From: Dictyostelium discoideum
Taxonomy: Eukaryota
Assembly (NCBI GenBank): GCA_000004695.1
Contig: CM000154.2
Coordinates: forward strand, 1,344,001-1,408,000
Reading direction: 5' to 3'
DNA: 64,000 nt
Part shown: positions 21,323 through 32,941 of the stretch, piece by piece
Position numbering within the stretch: the stretch's first letter is position 1
How the letters are laid out: each line of letters begins with the position of its first letter
Position numbers and translations under genes: made by a program
The notes under the pieces: model-generated
Told to the model about the DNA's origin: nothing
The model's input: the letters and a program-made list of their open reading frames with translations, nothing else
Databases searched by the model: none

Positions 21323-24300
21323 ATGAATTGCTATTTAAACTTATTTTTTATAATTTTAATTATTTCCTTTGTAAATTGTTAGTTTTTTTTTTAAAAAAAA
21401 AAAAAAAAAATTATAAAAATTTTTAAATTGTAAACATTAATAACTAATTAAAAAAAATAAATAGGTGATGTTTCAATAAAATATTATAACGAACCAATAT
21501 CAGATGATTATATAGCAAATGTAAATGGCAATTGTTCTCAAAAAATCTGTTTCTTGGCCATTTCAAATAAAAATATTTCCGATATAAGTGCTTATGGAAT
21601 TCCTTTTACTTTATTACATGATCCATTTTTTGGACCAATTTCTTATGTTGAACTTTCAGTTTTTTCAAATACATCCTCGCCATCAACTATAATTACAATT
21701 GCAATTACAGAAAATGATGGAGCAATAACTCATTTTTTTAAAACAACCTATTGTTTGCGTATGTAATTTTTTACAAAAATAATATTAATTATATAATAAT
21801 AATAATATAATACTAAAAAAAAAAAAACATATATATATATATATAATTCTTAATAGTTCAAGAGACAACAAATTTCCAATTAGTTTTTAAAAATTCACCA
21901 TTTTTTTTAAATGAACCAATGTCAATAGATTCAGAATTTGGTACTAATAGTGGAGGTCCAAAAATGGTTGTACAGTTCATTGGTAATACACCTTCGGTTT
22001 TTAAAAAATTTTCAAGTAATTCATTATTCAACTCAACAGTTAAACTTTTAGGAAATAAAGCAACAAGTAGACTCTATGAAGTAACAATGTTTCCCATATC
22101 AATGCCAAGTATTAATTTTGAAAATCATAATCTTACTTATAAATATAATAGTGGTAGTGGAGAATTACAAACAACTTCATCATTTACACCAATATATTTT
22201 ACTGAATCTCACTATAATACATTTTTTCCTGCAATAAATTCAAAAAATAATATAATATATCAAGTTGATTTTCAATTCACAACTGATATCTATCCATATG
22301 GTTCAATGGTTTGTACTAATTGTTATATTTTCCTAGTTGCAAATAATGGATCCAGGGTGCAATTTCTTATTTATTTTAATAAAATTGGTTCTTACAATTC
22401 TACTGGTACATTTTCTAATGATGCACTCCATAACAATATGTATTTTACAAAAACTATTACAATTAAACCTGATAATTTTTCAAATGGTACAGAGATGACA
22501 TTGGTCTTCCAAGATACTGCATTTGGTACAACACCAATGGGGTTTTCAGCAATTTTAACTGGTGTTCCAGTATTACCAAATACACCAGTAACAATATATT
22601 ATCCAAGTGGCCTTAAAAGACAATTATGGTTTAATCAACCTCCATTCGGGTTAATAGATGGTTTTATGGTGGGTTTGGTCAATAAATTCAATGTCATGTT
22701 TACTATTAAACTATCAAAGTATATGAGTGGTACATTAAGATATAGTTTTAATTCAAACAATCAAAAATCACCAATAGAAATACCATTGCCAACTCAAATT
22801 GATCCACAGTTAATTGATACAGAATCACCAATAGTAACATCAGCTATTGTAGTAGGCGATATTGGTAAAATGAAATTAGTTATTCAAATGGCAATTACAG
22901 ATGATATTTCAGGTTTTTCAGCTTTTGTATGTTTAGATACAAATGAAATCATTTTCGATTATAAAAATTTAATGCTTGGAGGTACAATTAATAATGGTGT
23001 CTATAGCTTTATCTATGATTATGGTTTCACACCAGTTTGTAAAAATTCAGCATTTTTAGATTTCGCAGGTAATGCACAAGTTCAAAATCAACCATTCACT
23101 GATTTTATTAGATCATTTATAAATGCTACTACCAATATTAAATATTTAATGATGAATACACCAAGTTATCAAGCAAAAACATTATCAGATTTTCAAGAAT
23201 TTTATTTTGCATTTAATAATATCAGTTTAACAAATCAAGGTTTTTATAATACATTATATTTCAAATTCAAAGATAATAATAATGATCCAGATTATTGTAT
23301 TAAATTTAGATTAGCAATTTCAGGTGGATATCCAAATCCAATAGATTATTACTCAATATGGGATAATAATTTACAAATGTATAAAGTTGAATTTTATATT
23401 CCACCAAATCTATCAAAAATTAATATACTTTATTATATTTATTTAGGACTTGATTATGAAACTCAATATTCAACATCACATTTCCAATCATGGGTCAGTT
23501 CAAACAATGCAACATTATCAGTATACTCAAATATTGGTGATATGATGCCACCTTTGGTTCGTTCATTACTAATTAGCCCATCAACTGTGGATTCAGATAG
23601 CTTTTTAAATTATTATTTAATCATTGAAGATGTATACAATGGATTTGGTTATGGAGAAATTACAATTATGGGTTCAGTGGATTTTATACAATGGAATTTT
23701 ACATTTTCATCTGGTGAAAATAAAAATCCATTGGTTGATGTTTATAATTTTTCAATATATATTCCAAAGTGTATATCCCAATCCTACAATATCTATCATT
23801 TGAAATTAGTAGATAAAGCAGGAGTATTCTCAGAGTATACATTTGGTAAATCACAGCCTTTCCCAATCATCGATCCTTTGGTTAAAATAGTTGTTAATGA
23901 ATACAAATTCAATTGCTCAGTTAATCTTTATTCAAACTCTTTACCAGTTTTGAAAGATTTTACATTTGAACCATTATCAATAGATGTAGGTGGCCCAGAT
24001 TCATCAAGAACTGTTATATTTAAAATGGTGGTGGATGGTGCAGCCAAAGCAGGTTCAAAACCCACCATTTATTTAGGTGATACTTATATAAACTATGTAA
24101 CAGTACCAGTTTTATCAGATGGTGTATTTGATCCAATTGCAAATATCACAACATTTACAGTTTCAACAATTATTCCATATGGTTTTGGTTATCCAGAAGG
24201 TATTTTATTAAATGTATTTGGAATTCAAACTACATATTCCACATTTCAAGGTTATTCTTCACTGGATTTACGAGATGCTAATTTCACATATACACTTTTA

Positions 24301-25698
24301 ACTCCAACATTCTCTTCTTATCCAAAAATGACTTCATATTTACCAATTTCAGCCAATGGAGGAGAGTTAACTATTTTTGGAAGAGAATTATCAACAATAG
24401 CAAATTCATTTTATAGAATTATATATTCGGTAAATAGTAGTAATTCTACACCAGTGGCTTCAAATATTAATGTAAAATACATTTCTAATGTTGCAATTAA
24501 ATTAAATGTTTCTTCAACAACTGGTCCATTCACGATTGAATATACAACCTCATCAAAAACCATTGATACAATCACTATATATCCATATCATGATTATTGG
24601 AATCCAAACCCAGTAACACCAACACCAACCGAAACACCAACAGTACCACCTACTATAGCACCAACTGAAACACCAACAGTACCACCAACAAATCCACCAC
24701 AAAAATGTGGTGGTAATCCACAATGTGGTGGTGAGTCAAAAGGTAATTGTGTGAATGGAGTAGGTTGTGTTTGTATTTCACCATGGATTGGAAGTGAATG
24801 TCAATCAAGAATTATTACTATCCCACCACCAGTCATAGATCCAACAAATCCAAATCAAAATTTAACATTAAATTCAACAGGTACAAACGAATTCACATTG
24901 GTCAGTTTAGTATCATTAGTATCATTAAGAGAATTAAATTTTAAAAATGAATTAGTTAGATCATTCCGTTTCGATAAATGGAAATTAATATCAAACACTA
25001 CAACCGATAGTAATTATATAACAGATGTAATAGACCCAAAAAATAATAATACAATTTGTTCAGTTAATGTTTCAACTACTTGGTATCAAACAAAAACAGA
25101 TATCGAATTTGCAGGTCAAAAATTAACAATGAATCCAAGTACATTAAAATATAATATCAATATTACATCATTCCCATTCACATATGGATTGAATACACTT
25201 CAATTAGTAATGTCAGCAACAGCACAATCAACATCACAACAAGATGATCAATGTTCATCCAATGAATTTGGTGATACTACATCAAATGATAATTCAAATT
25301 ATCTTCAACTATCAGTCAATCAACATTCACTCTATGGTAGATTTATTAAAAGAGGTATTGTAGATAACAATATCAAATCAATTGGTAATGAAATTTTAAA
25401 AGATCTCTCAAGTGAAAACTCTTATTACATTTCACAATCATATATTGGTATAAATATTCCATTTTACAAAGAATCTGTTCAATTAGATCCAGATTTCTCA
25501 GTTTTATTAGATCAAAGATCAGCATCATCAATTTGTAATAATAAAGGAAATAAATTATCAAAAGGTGCTATCATTGGTATATCAATTGGGTGTGCTGCCT
25601 TCACTATCATTGTTGTAACTTTAGTTGCAATACTTTTAAAGAATAAATATTTCTTTAAAAGTGTTCAATTAAAAGTGATTAAAATGGTGGCAAAATAA
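21323..25698 (+). CDS. Tgr-like cell-surface glycoprotein A (signal peptide, IPT/TIG-like repeats, EGF-like module, single TM). Exons 21323..21377, 21465..21758, 21857..25698.
   Basis: Signal-peptide exon MNCYLNLFFIILIISFVN with donor GTTAGT. Exon 2 (C)DVSIKYYNEPISDDYIANVNGNC...KTTYCL with donor GTATGT at 21759. Acceptor cttaatag at 21856 leads into the long ORF. IPT-like motifs include FTFEPLSIDVGGPDSSRTVIFKM and SYLPISANGGELTIFGRELS. The EGF-like module is QKCGGNPQCGGESKGNCVNGVGCVCISPWIGSECQ. The TM segment is GAIIGISIGCAAFTIIVVTLVAILL, followed by a short tail. Many N-x-S/T sequons are present. Confidence 0.7.
24690..25665 (+). repeat. Near-identical 3' block of Tgr-like gene A. It is about 98% identical over about 0.9 kb to 29914..30889.
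   Basis: Direct comparison shows only scattered single-base differences from ccaccacaaaaatgtggtggtaatcc... through the TM region. The antisense ORFs 25373..25561 and 30597..30785 in the track are identical. Confidence 0.85.
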
Positions 25699-26519
25699 TA
25701 AATAAAACATTTCCACTTGTGTATTTATAAGTTATAAATAGATTTTTACAATATTTTAATTTTTTTTTTTTTTTAGAAAATAAAATTTTATTTGATATAG
25801 TCATTTATTTATTTATTTTTTTTTGTTTTTTTTAAAAGAATAATCTAAAACGATCTGGAAACAATTCTCTTTAAAGAATTTAGAGCGAAATTTGGAAACA
25901 ACAATAGTGTGGTGGGCAATCAATTTTTTATTAGTAATTTCTTTTTTTTTTTTTTTTTTTTAGTAAATGGGGGTTGTTTACCACTTTGAAACTATTTTTA
26001 ACTGATTTAAAATAATTTATTTAATATTTAATTTTCAATGTGTCCATAGTTAAAAATGCTCTTTAATTTATTTGTTTTACTTGTAATGGATGTGGATTAC
26101 AATAATTTTATAGACTATCATTTAATTTTAAAAAATCCTATAGTTCTTTTATTGTATCAGTTTCAAATAAAAAAAATAGATATTTATTTTAATTTTACCA
26201 GTATTAATATTTCAAAATCCCAAAAAAAACCGAAAGGCGTTTCTTTACATTTTTTAGTTGAATTTCAAAGAAAAAATTTTAATATGTTTTTTCAAATCAA
26301 ATTTATTATAATTATTGAAAAAAAAAAAAAAATTATTTAAAAATTATTTAAATCTATATTCCATGTACTTTTATTTTAAATAGGTTTATAAATAACCAAT
26401 AATAACAACAGTTATTAATATTAAATAAAAAATAAAAAATGAATTTTCATAAAAAAAAACGAAAAAAAATCTTTCCCGGCTCCTCTTTTTTTACACTATT
26501 AAATTCGCAACATATAAAT

Positions 26520-26554
<35 letters not shown>

Positions 26555-26560
26555 AAAAAA

Positions 26561-26664
26561 ATGATTAACATTAATATAAACAAAATATTTATTTTGATTT
26601 TCTTTATTATAACTTATATAAACATAATTAAGGGTAATTATAATAATAAAAATTCTGAAAATAG

Positions 26665-26698
<34 letters not shown>

Positions 26699-27095
26699 TT
26701 TTAATTAAAAATATTGCAAACAGGTGATATATCAATAAAGTATTATGATGAACCATTACCGGAAAATTTTGTTGCTGATTCAATTGGTAATTGTAAAGTA
26801 AAGTATTCTTTGTTTATAAAAAGCGATGTGCCAATAAAATCCATAGAAACTTCTCCAAGTGCCACAAATCCATTTGGTGAATTAAATAAATTAAATACCA
26901 CATTCTCGTTTCAAATAATATCAAATTTAGATTCGCCAAACTTTACACTCACAGTAATAATTATTGATAATAATTTAAAAGAATTTAGAGATTCAAGAAT
27001 AGTATATTGCGTTAGTAAGTTATAGTTTTAATATTATATTTTTCAATTTTTATTTTTACAATTATTCAATTTATCATTTCAATAAAATAATAAAA

Positions 27096-27133
<38 letters not shown>

Positions 27134-30100
27134 TTAGAATTAAATAATTATGGCCCAACAACAGAATATTTATTACAGACAAAGAAAAATAAAAGTAAAC
27201 TTTTTTTAAATGGTGTAATTAGTAAAAGTTCAAATACAGGAAAAGTAAGTGGGCCATTAATTGTTGTTGAATATATTAGTAATACACCACCACTTTTAGA
27301 ATCATTATACCCCAATCCATTTGATTTATTAATAAAACCATTAGGAAATAAAAAAACAAGTATATTGTATGAAATTTTATTTTTTACTTCAGCACCAAAC
27401 TATTTTTTCGACCAACTTGAAATATTTTATGCATGGGGTAGTTTTAAAATAGAACAAGCTCCCTCAACAAATCCCCAAATTATATTTTCCCAAATTTCTA
27501 TTTTTCCAACAGTTCAACCGAGTGCTAGTGCAATTGGGCTTTTTAGTTTAAAATTTAATGATTCTTCACAAGAAAGAACAATTAGAATTATCTCTGTAAA
27601 TTCTTATGTATATCCAGCTTTCAATGATGGTTTAAATGTAACATATCTTTGTTATTTTAATGAAAAAGGTAAATCAGATATTAATTTATCATACGGTATC
27701 CAATCTAAACCAATCTTTTCGGGTACTGTAAATATCCAAGCTGAAGATTACTCACAAGGCAAAGAAATGTTATTATTATTCAATGATCAATTAATGAATA
27801 TCACTCCAACAGCATTTACAGTAGTTTTAAGTGGAGTACCACTATTACCACAATATCCAATAAAATTAACATATCCAAGTGGTTTCGAGAGACAATTATG
27901 GCTCAACCAAAATCCATTTTCATTAAAGAATGGTTTTAGAAAAGATTCAATTGATACTTATGAAATAGTTTTCACTGCAAAGTTATCAAAATATTCAAGA
28001 GGTTCACATATTTTAAAATATAATTCAACAAATTACCTTACTTTCGAAGCTACACCTAAACCAGAATTAATTGTTGATAGTAGTCCACCAGACATAATAA
28101 TGGTTCGATCTTTTAATATTGGTAGAATGAAAATAGACATTCAAATTTCAATTATTGATGATATTTCAGGTTTTTCAGCTTTTGTATGTTTAGATACCAA
28201 TGAAATCATTTTCGATTATAAAAATTTAAAAATAGGTGGCACAATAAATAATGGTGTTTATAGTTTTATTTATGATTATGGTTTCACACCAGTTTGTAAA
28301 AAATCAGCATTTTTAGATTTCGCAGGCAATGCATTAGTACAAAATCAATCATTTGTGGATTTAATAGTTTCAAATGGAATGTTTAACTATTTTTCAATTG
28401 ACCTTCCAATTACAAAACCAAAAACATTATCAGATTTTGATCAATTTTATTTTGCATTCAATAATATCAATTTAACAAACCAAGGTTTTTACAATACATT
28501 ATTTTTTAAATTTAAAGATAATGATAATGATCCAGACTATTGTATTAAATTTAGATTGGCAATTTCAGAAGGTTGGCCAAATCCAGTGGATAGTTTTTCA
28601 ACATGGGATTACAATTTGCAAATGTATAGAGTTGACTTTTTTTTACCGTCAAACTTATTAAATATGGATATACTTTATTATATTTATTTAGGACTTGATT
28701 ATGAAACTCAATATTCAACATCACACTTCCAATCATGGGTCAGTTCAAACAATGCAACATTATCAGTATACTCAAATAATGGAGATATAATGCCACCTAT
28801 GGTTCATTATTTAGATTGGCTCATAACTGATATGCTAAACTATTCAATACAAAGGAATTTAATATGGATGTTTAATATTGAAGACCAATATAATGGTTTT
28901 GATATGGGTGAGCTTACAATTATGGGTTCAGTAGATTTTATACCATGGAACTTTAAATTTTCATCAAATAATAAGAATCCACTATCAGATTATTATAACT
29001 TTACAATTTCTATTCCTCAAAATTCAAGAACTCAAACCTATTATATCACTCATTTGAAATTAGTTGATAAAAATGGAATATTTTCTGAATATAATATTAG
29101 TAAACCACAAGTTTTCCCAAACGTTGATCCATTAATTAAAATGCCCTCTCGATCATTTAAAGTTCTTGGTGATGATGATAATCCTATTTCAAGTACACTT
29201 CCAACATTGGTTGATTTCATTATAACACCAAGTTTAATCGATGTCGGAGGTTCAGATATTTCAAGAAATGTTATATTCACTATTAAAACCCAAGATGTGG
29301 TTGGAATTAGACAAGATGTAAAACCAACCATTTATTTAGGTGATACCTATTTAAATTATATACCAGTACCAGTTACATCAGATGGTGTTTTAGATCCAAT
29401 TACAGGTGTCACGACATTTACGGTTTCAACAACTATTCCATATGGTTTTGGTTACCCAGAAGGTATTTTATTAAATGTATTTGGAATTAAAAGCTCACAT
29501 TCTACATTTCAAGGTTATTCATCATTTGATTTACGTGATGCTTTTTTTAGCTATTCAATCACTACTTCAACTTTCTCAGTAGGTACGAAATTATTATCCT
29601 ATTCACCAATTTCAAACAAAGGTGGTCAATTTACAATTTTTGGAAGATCATTAGATGCCATAGAGAATCCTTCTTACTATATTACTTTAAACTCTCAAAC
29701 AAATGTATCAAAAATAATTCCAGACATTCAATTTATTTCAATTAGTAGTTCAGCAGTTATAATTACAGCAGTTCCTTCTAATTCTTCATTTTCAGTATTT
29801 TTAGTAGATTCCTCAAGTAATAATATAATTGATTCAATTATTATTAATCCATATTATGATTATTGGGTATCCAATCCGATAAAACCAACTGAAACACCAA
29901 TAGTATTACCTACAAATCCACCACAAAAATGTGGTGGTAATCCACAATGTGGTGGTGAATCAAAAGGTAAATGTGTGAATGGAGTAGGTTGTGTTTGTAT
30001 TTCACCATGGATTGGAAGTGAATGTCAATCAAGAATTATTACTATCCCACCACCAATCATAGACCCAAAAAATCCAAATCAAAATTTAACATTAAATTCA

Positions 30101-30931
30101 ACAGGTACAAATGAATTCACATTGGTCAGTTTAGTATCATTAGTTTCATTAAGAGAATTAAATTTTAAAAATGAATTAGTTAGATCATTCCGTTTCGATA
30201 AATGGAAATTAATATCAAACACTACAACCGATAGTAATTATATAACAGATGTAATAGACCCAAAAAATAATAATACAATATGTTCAGTTAATGTTTCAAC
30301 TACTTGGTATCAAACAAAAACAGATATCGAATTTGCAGGTCAAAAATTAACAATGAATCCTAGTACATTAAAATATAATATCAACATTACATCATTCCCA
30401 TTCACATATGGATTGAATACACTTCAATTAGTAATGTCAGCAACAGCACAATCAACATCACAACAAGATGATCAATGTTCATCCAATGAATTTGGTGATA
30501 CTACATCAAATGATAATTCAAATTATCTTCAACTATCAGTCAATCAACATTCACTCTATGGTAGATTTATTAAAAGAGGTATTGTAGATAACAATATCAA
30601 ATCAATTGGTAATGAAATTTTAAAAGATCTCTCAAGTGAAAACTCTTATTACATTTCACAATCATATATTGGTATAAATATTCCATTTTACAAAGAATCT
30701 GTTCAATTAGATCCAGATTTCTCAGTTTTATTAGATCAAAGATCAGCATCATCAATTTGTAATAATAAAGGAAATAAATTATCAAAAGGTGCTATCATTG
30801 GTATATCAATTGGGTGTGCTGCATTTACTGTTGTTGCTGTAACTCTACTTGTAATTTTATTAAAGAATAAATATTTCTTTAAAAGTATTCAATTAAAAGC
30901 TATAGAATTAGTAGAAACAAAAAATAAATAA
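26561..30931 (+). CDS. Tgr-like cell-surface glycoprotein B, tandem paralogue of A. Exons 26561..26633, 26724..27014, 27138..30931.
   Basis: Same three-exon architecture and phases as gene A (MINININKIFILIFFIITYINIIKG | GDISIKYYDEPLPENF...RIVYCV | KLNNYGPTTEYLL...). The N-terminal two-thirds is diverged. Mosaic blocks and the C-terminal about 330 aa are near-identical to A. Confidence 0.7.
29914..30889 (+). repeat. Near-identical 3' block of Tgr-like gene B, partner of 24690..25665
   Basis: See partner feature. Confidence 0.85.
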
Positions 30932-31028
30932 AGTATAGTGTATTTATAATAAAAAAATAAATAAAAATTATTAAAAGTATAAAAGAGAAGATATATTTAT
31001 ATATATATGGAAAAAAATTAAATATTAT

Positions 31029-31807
31029 TTATTCTTTTATTTCATTTTTTTCTTTTTTGTGTAATTTTGAGAAAAATGAATGTTTTTTCTCTTTTTTCTC
31101 CTTTTTATTATCACCAAGCTCTTCATTTTCATTTGATATATTATTTTCTTTTGCAAGATTTGGTTGGTTATTTGATTTATAATCGTTTTGTTGATAGTTG
31201 TCATATGCTTGTTTATTTAATTGTACTGGCGGTTGATTATAATTATAGTCCATGTATCCTGGTTGTTGTTGTTGTGGCTGTTGTTGATATTGATTTGGGT
31301 ATTGATCTTGTCTTTGTAAATATTCAGGTGGTACTTGAGCCATTGGGGCGTCATATTTTCCTTTTTTATGATTTTTTTCATTATTTTCAGCTTCAAATTT
31401 AACATCGTCAGGATTATTAAAAGTAGGCATAGTTTCTTTTTCATAATATGGAATTGTTGCACCACAAGACGGACAATGTAAAAACATATTACCATTTTTT
31501 ACTTTAAAGAATGGAATAAAAAATAAGTGAAACCACTCATCATTTTTTACTAATTGAACTCCACTATTTTTACAATTAACACACTTTTTTTTTTTTTTTT
31601 TTTTAAAGTTTTAGTTATTTTAAATTATAATATTATTATTACGAAAAAAGTAAATTATAGTTACAATTCTTTTCTTGTTATCAATTAATTTCGACTTTCC
31701 TCTAAGTCCAAATGGAATAATTATTGGAATCCACTGTAATAAAACTAATGATTAATAAATTAAATTTTAATAAACAAATAAAAATAATAAAATTTTAAGT
31801 TTACCAT
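31029..31807 (-). CDS. LITAF-like zinc-ribbon membrane-hairpin protein with a Q/N-rich tail. Proposed exons 31805..31807 (ATG only), 31665..31733, 31029..31583.
   Basis: ORF 31029..31487 extends upstream to an acceptor at 31584 and gives CVNCKNSGVQLVKNDEWFHLFFIPFFKVKNGNMFLHCPSCGATIPYYE. This is a CxxC ... hydrophobic ... HCPxC arrangement as in the LITAF/SIMPLE-like domain. An upstream exon WIPIIIPFGLRGKSKLIDNKKRI has donor GTAACT and is preceded by acceptor ttattacag. The only upstream ATG is aaaaaaaaaATG|GTAAAC at 31805-31807, which would make exon 1 the start codon alone. Confidence 0.45.
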
Positions 31808-31867
31808 TTTTTTTTTCTCTGTTTTAGTAAATTAAAAAAATAAATTTCATTTTAATAAAAAGGAAAT

Positions 31868-31901
<34 letters not shown>

Positions 31902-32109
31902 AAAGAAAAAAGAAATTAATTTAAAATTTCCTTTTTTAAACAATTTTTTTTTTTTTTTTATTTTTTTTTATTTTAATTTTAATTTTATTTTTTTATTTTT
32001 TTATTTTTTTATTTGCATGTAAAAAATTAAATTAATTAATTAACACTTTTTTTAATTTTTATTATTTTTTTTATTATTTTTTTTTTTTTTACAATTTCAT
32101 AAAAAAAAT

Positions 32110-32800
32110 AATTTTACATGATTTTGGGATCTGTTTGTTACCAGAGCGCTTGATAAAGAGTATGCCCATACACATCCTCATGGGATATAATCTTCAAAAA
32201 TCGTATTAAACCAGAAAATGTGGTTAATATAAATGAAAAGGGTATCATTTGCCAAATCAAATTCCAAGGTAATTTATATAATATTCAAATAAATTAATTA
32301 TAAATCTATTTTTATTAATACATTTTTCATAGTTGATATTACTCATCAAATTATTATTTTGTAGATGCATCAACTTTGAAAAGCAAATACGAATGTACTA
32401 TGTTGACACTTTTTCCAAAAGATCTAAAAAGACTAACCACTACCCAACCTAAGGATAAAATTAAATTTTTAAAAAACAAAATGGAAAGAATAGAGTTGTG
32501 TTTAAAATACAATATATGCATTGGTAATATAAGTCTTGGTATGGATGGAGTCAACCCGAGAAATCATCTTGAATATAGATAACCACACTTTAAAGAAGGT
32601 GTCAGTGGATGAAATCAAAAATACCAAAGATTTTCTAAAACGAGTTCATGCACCGCGCATATCCATTTAACTAAATTTTCCGAAACAATATATTCTAAAA
32701 ATTCTCAAAACCAGACAATCATATCTCAGAATGTCGGTGTTCCTTCTATTGATGAAATTCTTAACCGTTTCATCAGAAGAAGTAGTTAATTAATTTATTC
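32110..32800 (+). other. GC-richer compositional island containing a coding-like ORF (32337..32582, plus an upstream frame-matched segment 32185..32268) with C-ending codons. Gene model unresolved.
   Basis: ...RVCPYTSSWDIIFKNRIKPENVVNINEKGIICQIKFQ then GTAATT donor at 32269. Acceptor attttgtag at 32364 precedes DASTLKSKYECTMLTLFPKDLKRLTTTQPKDKIKFLKNKMERIELCLKYNICIGNISLGMDGVNPRNHLEYR*. No in-frame ATG or consistent 5' exon found. Downstream 32590..32790 has further short frames. Confidence 0.3.
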
Positions 32801-32941
32801 TAAAAAAGCTAAAAATAAAATAATATTTTCCATATTAAATTTTCTTTTTTTTTTTTTTTTGTCATTATTTTTTTTCAGAAAATAATTATTTATTTTTAGA
32901 AAAAAAAAAATTATTTATTTTTGGAAAAAAAAAAAACATTA

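Noticed and set aside
21554-21766. Separate small ORF 21554..21766 and ORF 26714..27025
   Set aside because: These are not independent genes. They are exon 2 of Tgr-like genes A and B (plus intronic read-through), joined by phase-1 splices to the signal-peptide exon and the giant exon.
25373-30785. Identical 62-aa minus ORFs (25373..25561 and 30597..30785)
   Set aside because: They lie antisense inside the near-identical 3' blocks of the two Tgr-like genes. Their identity just reflects the duplication.
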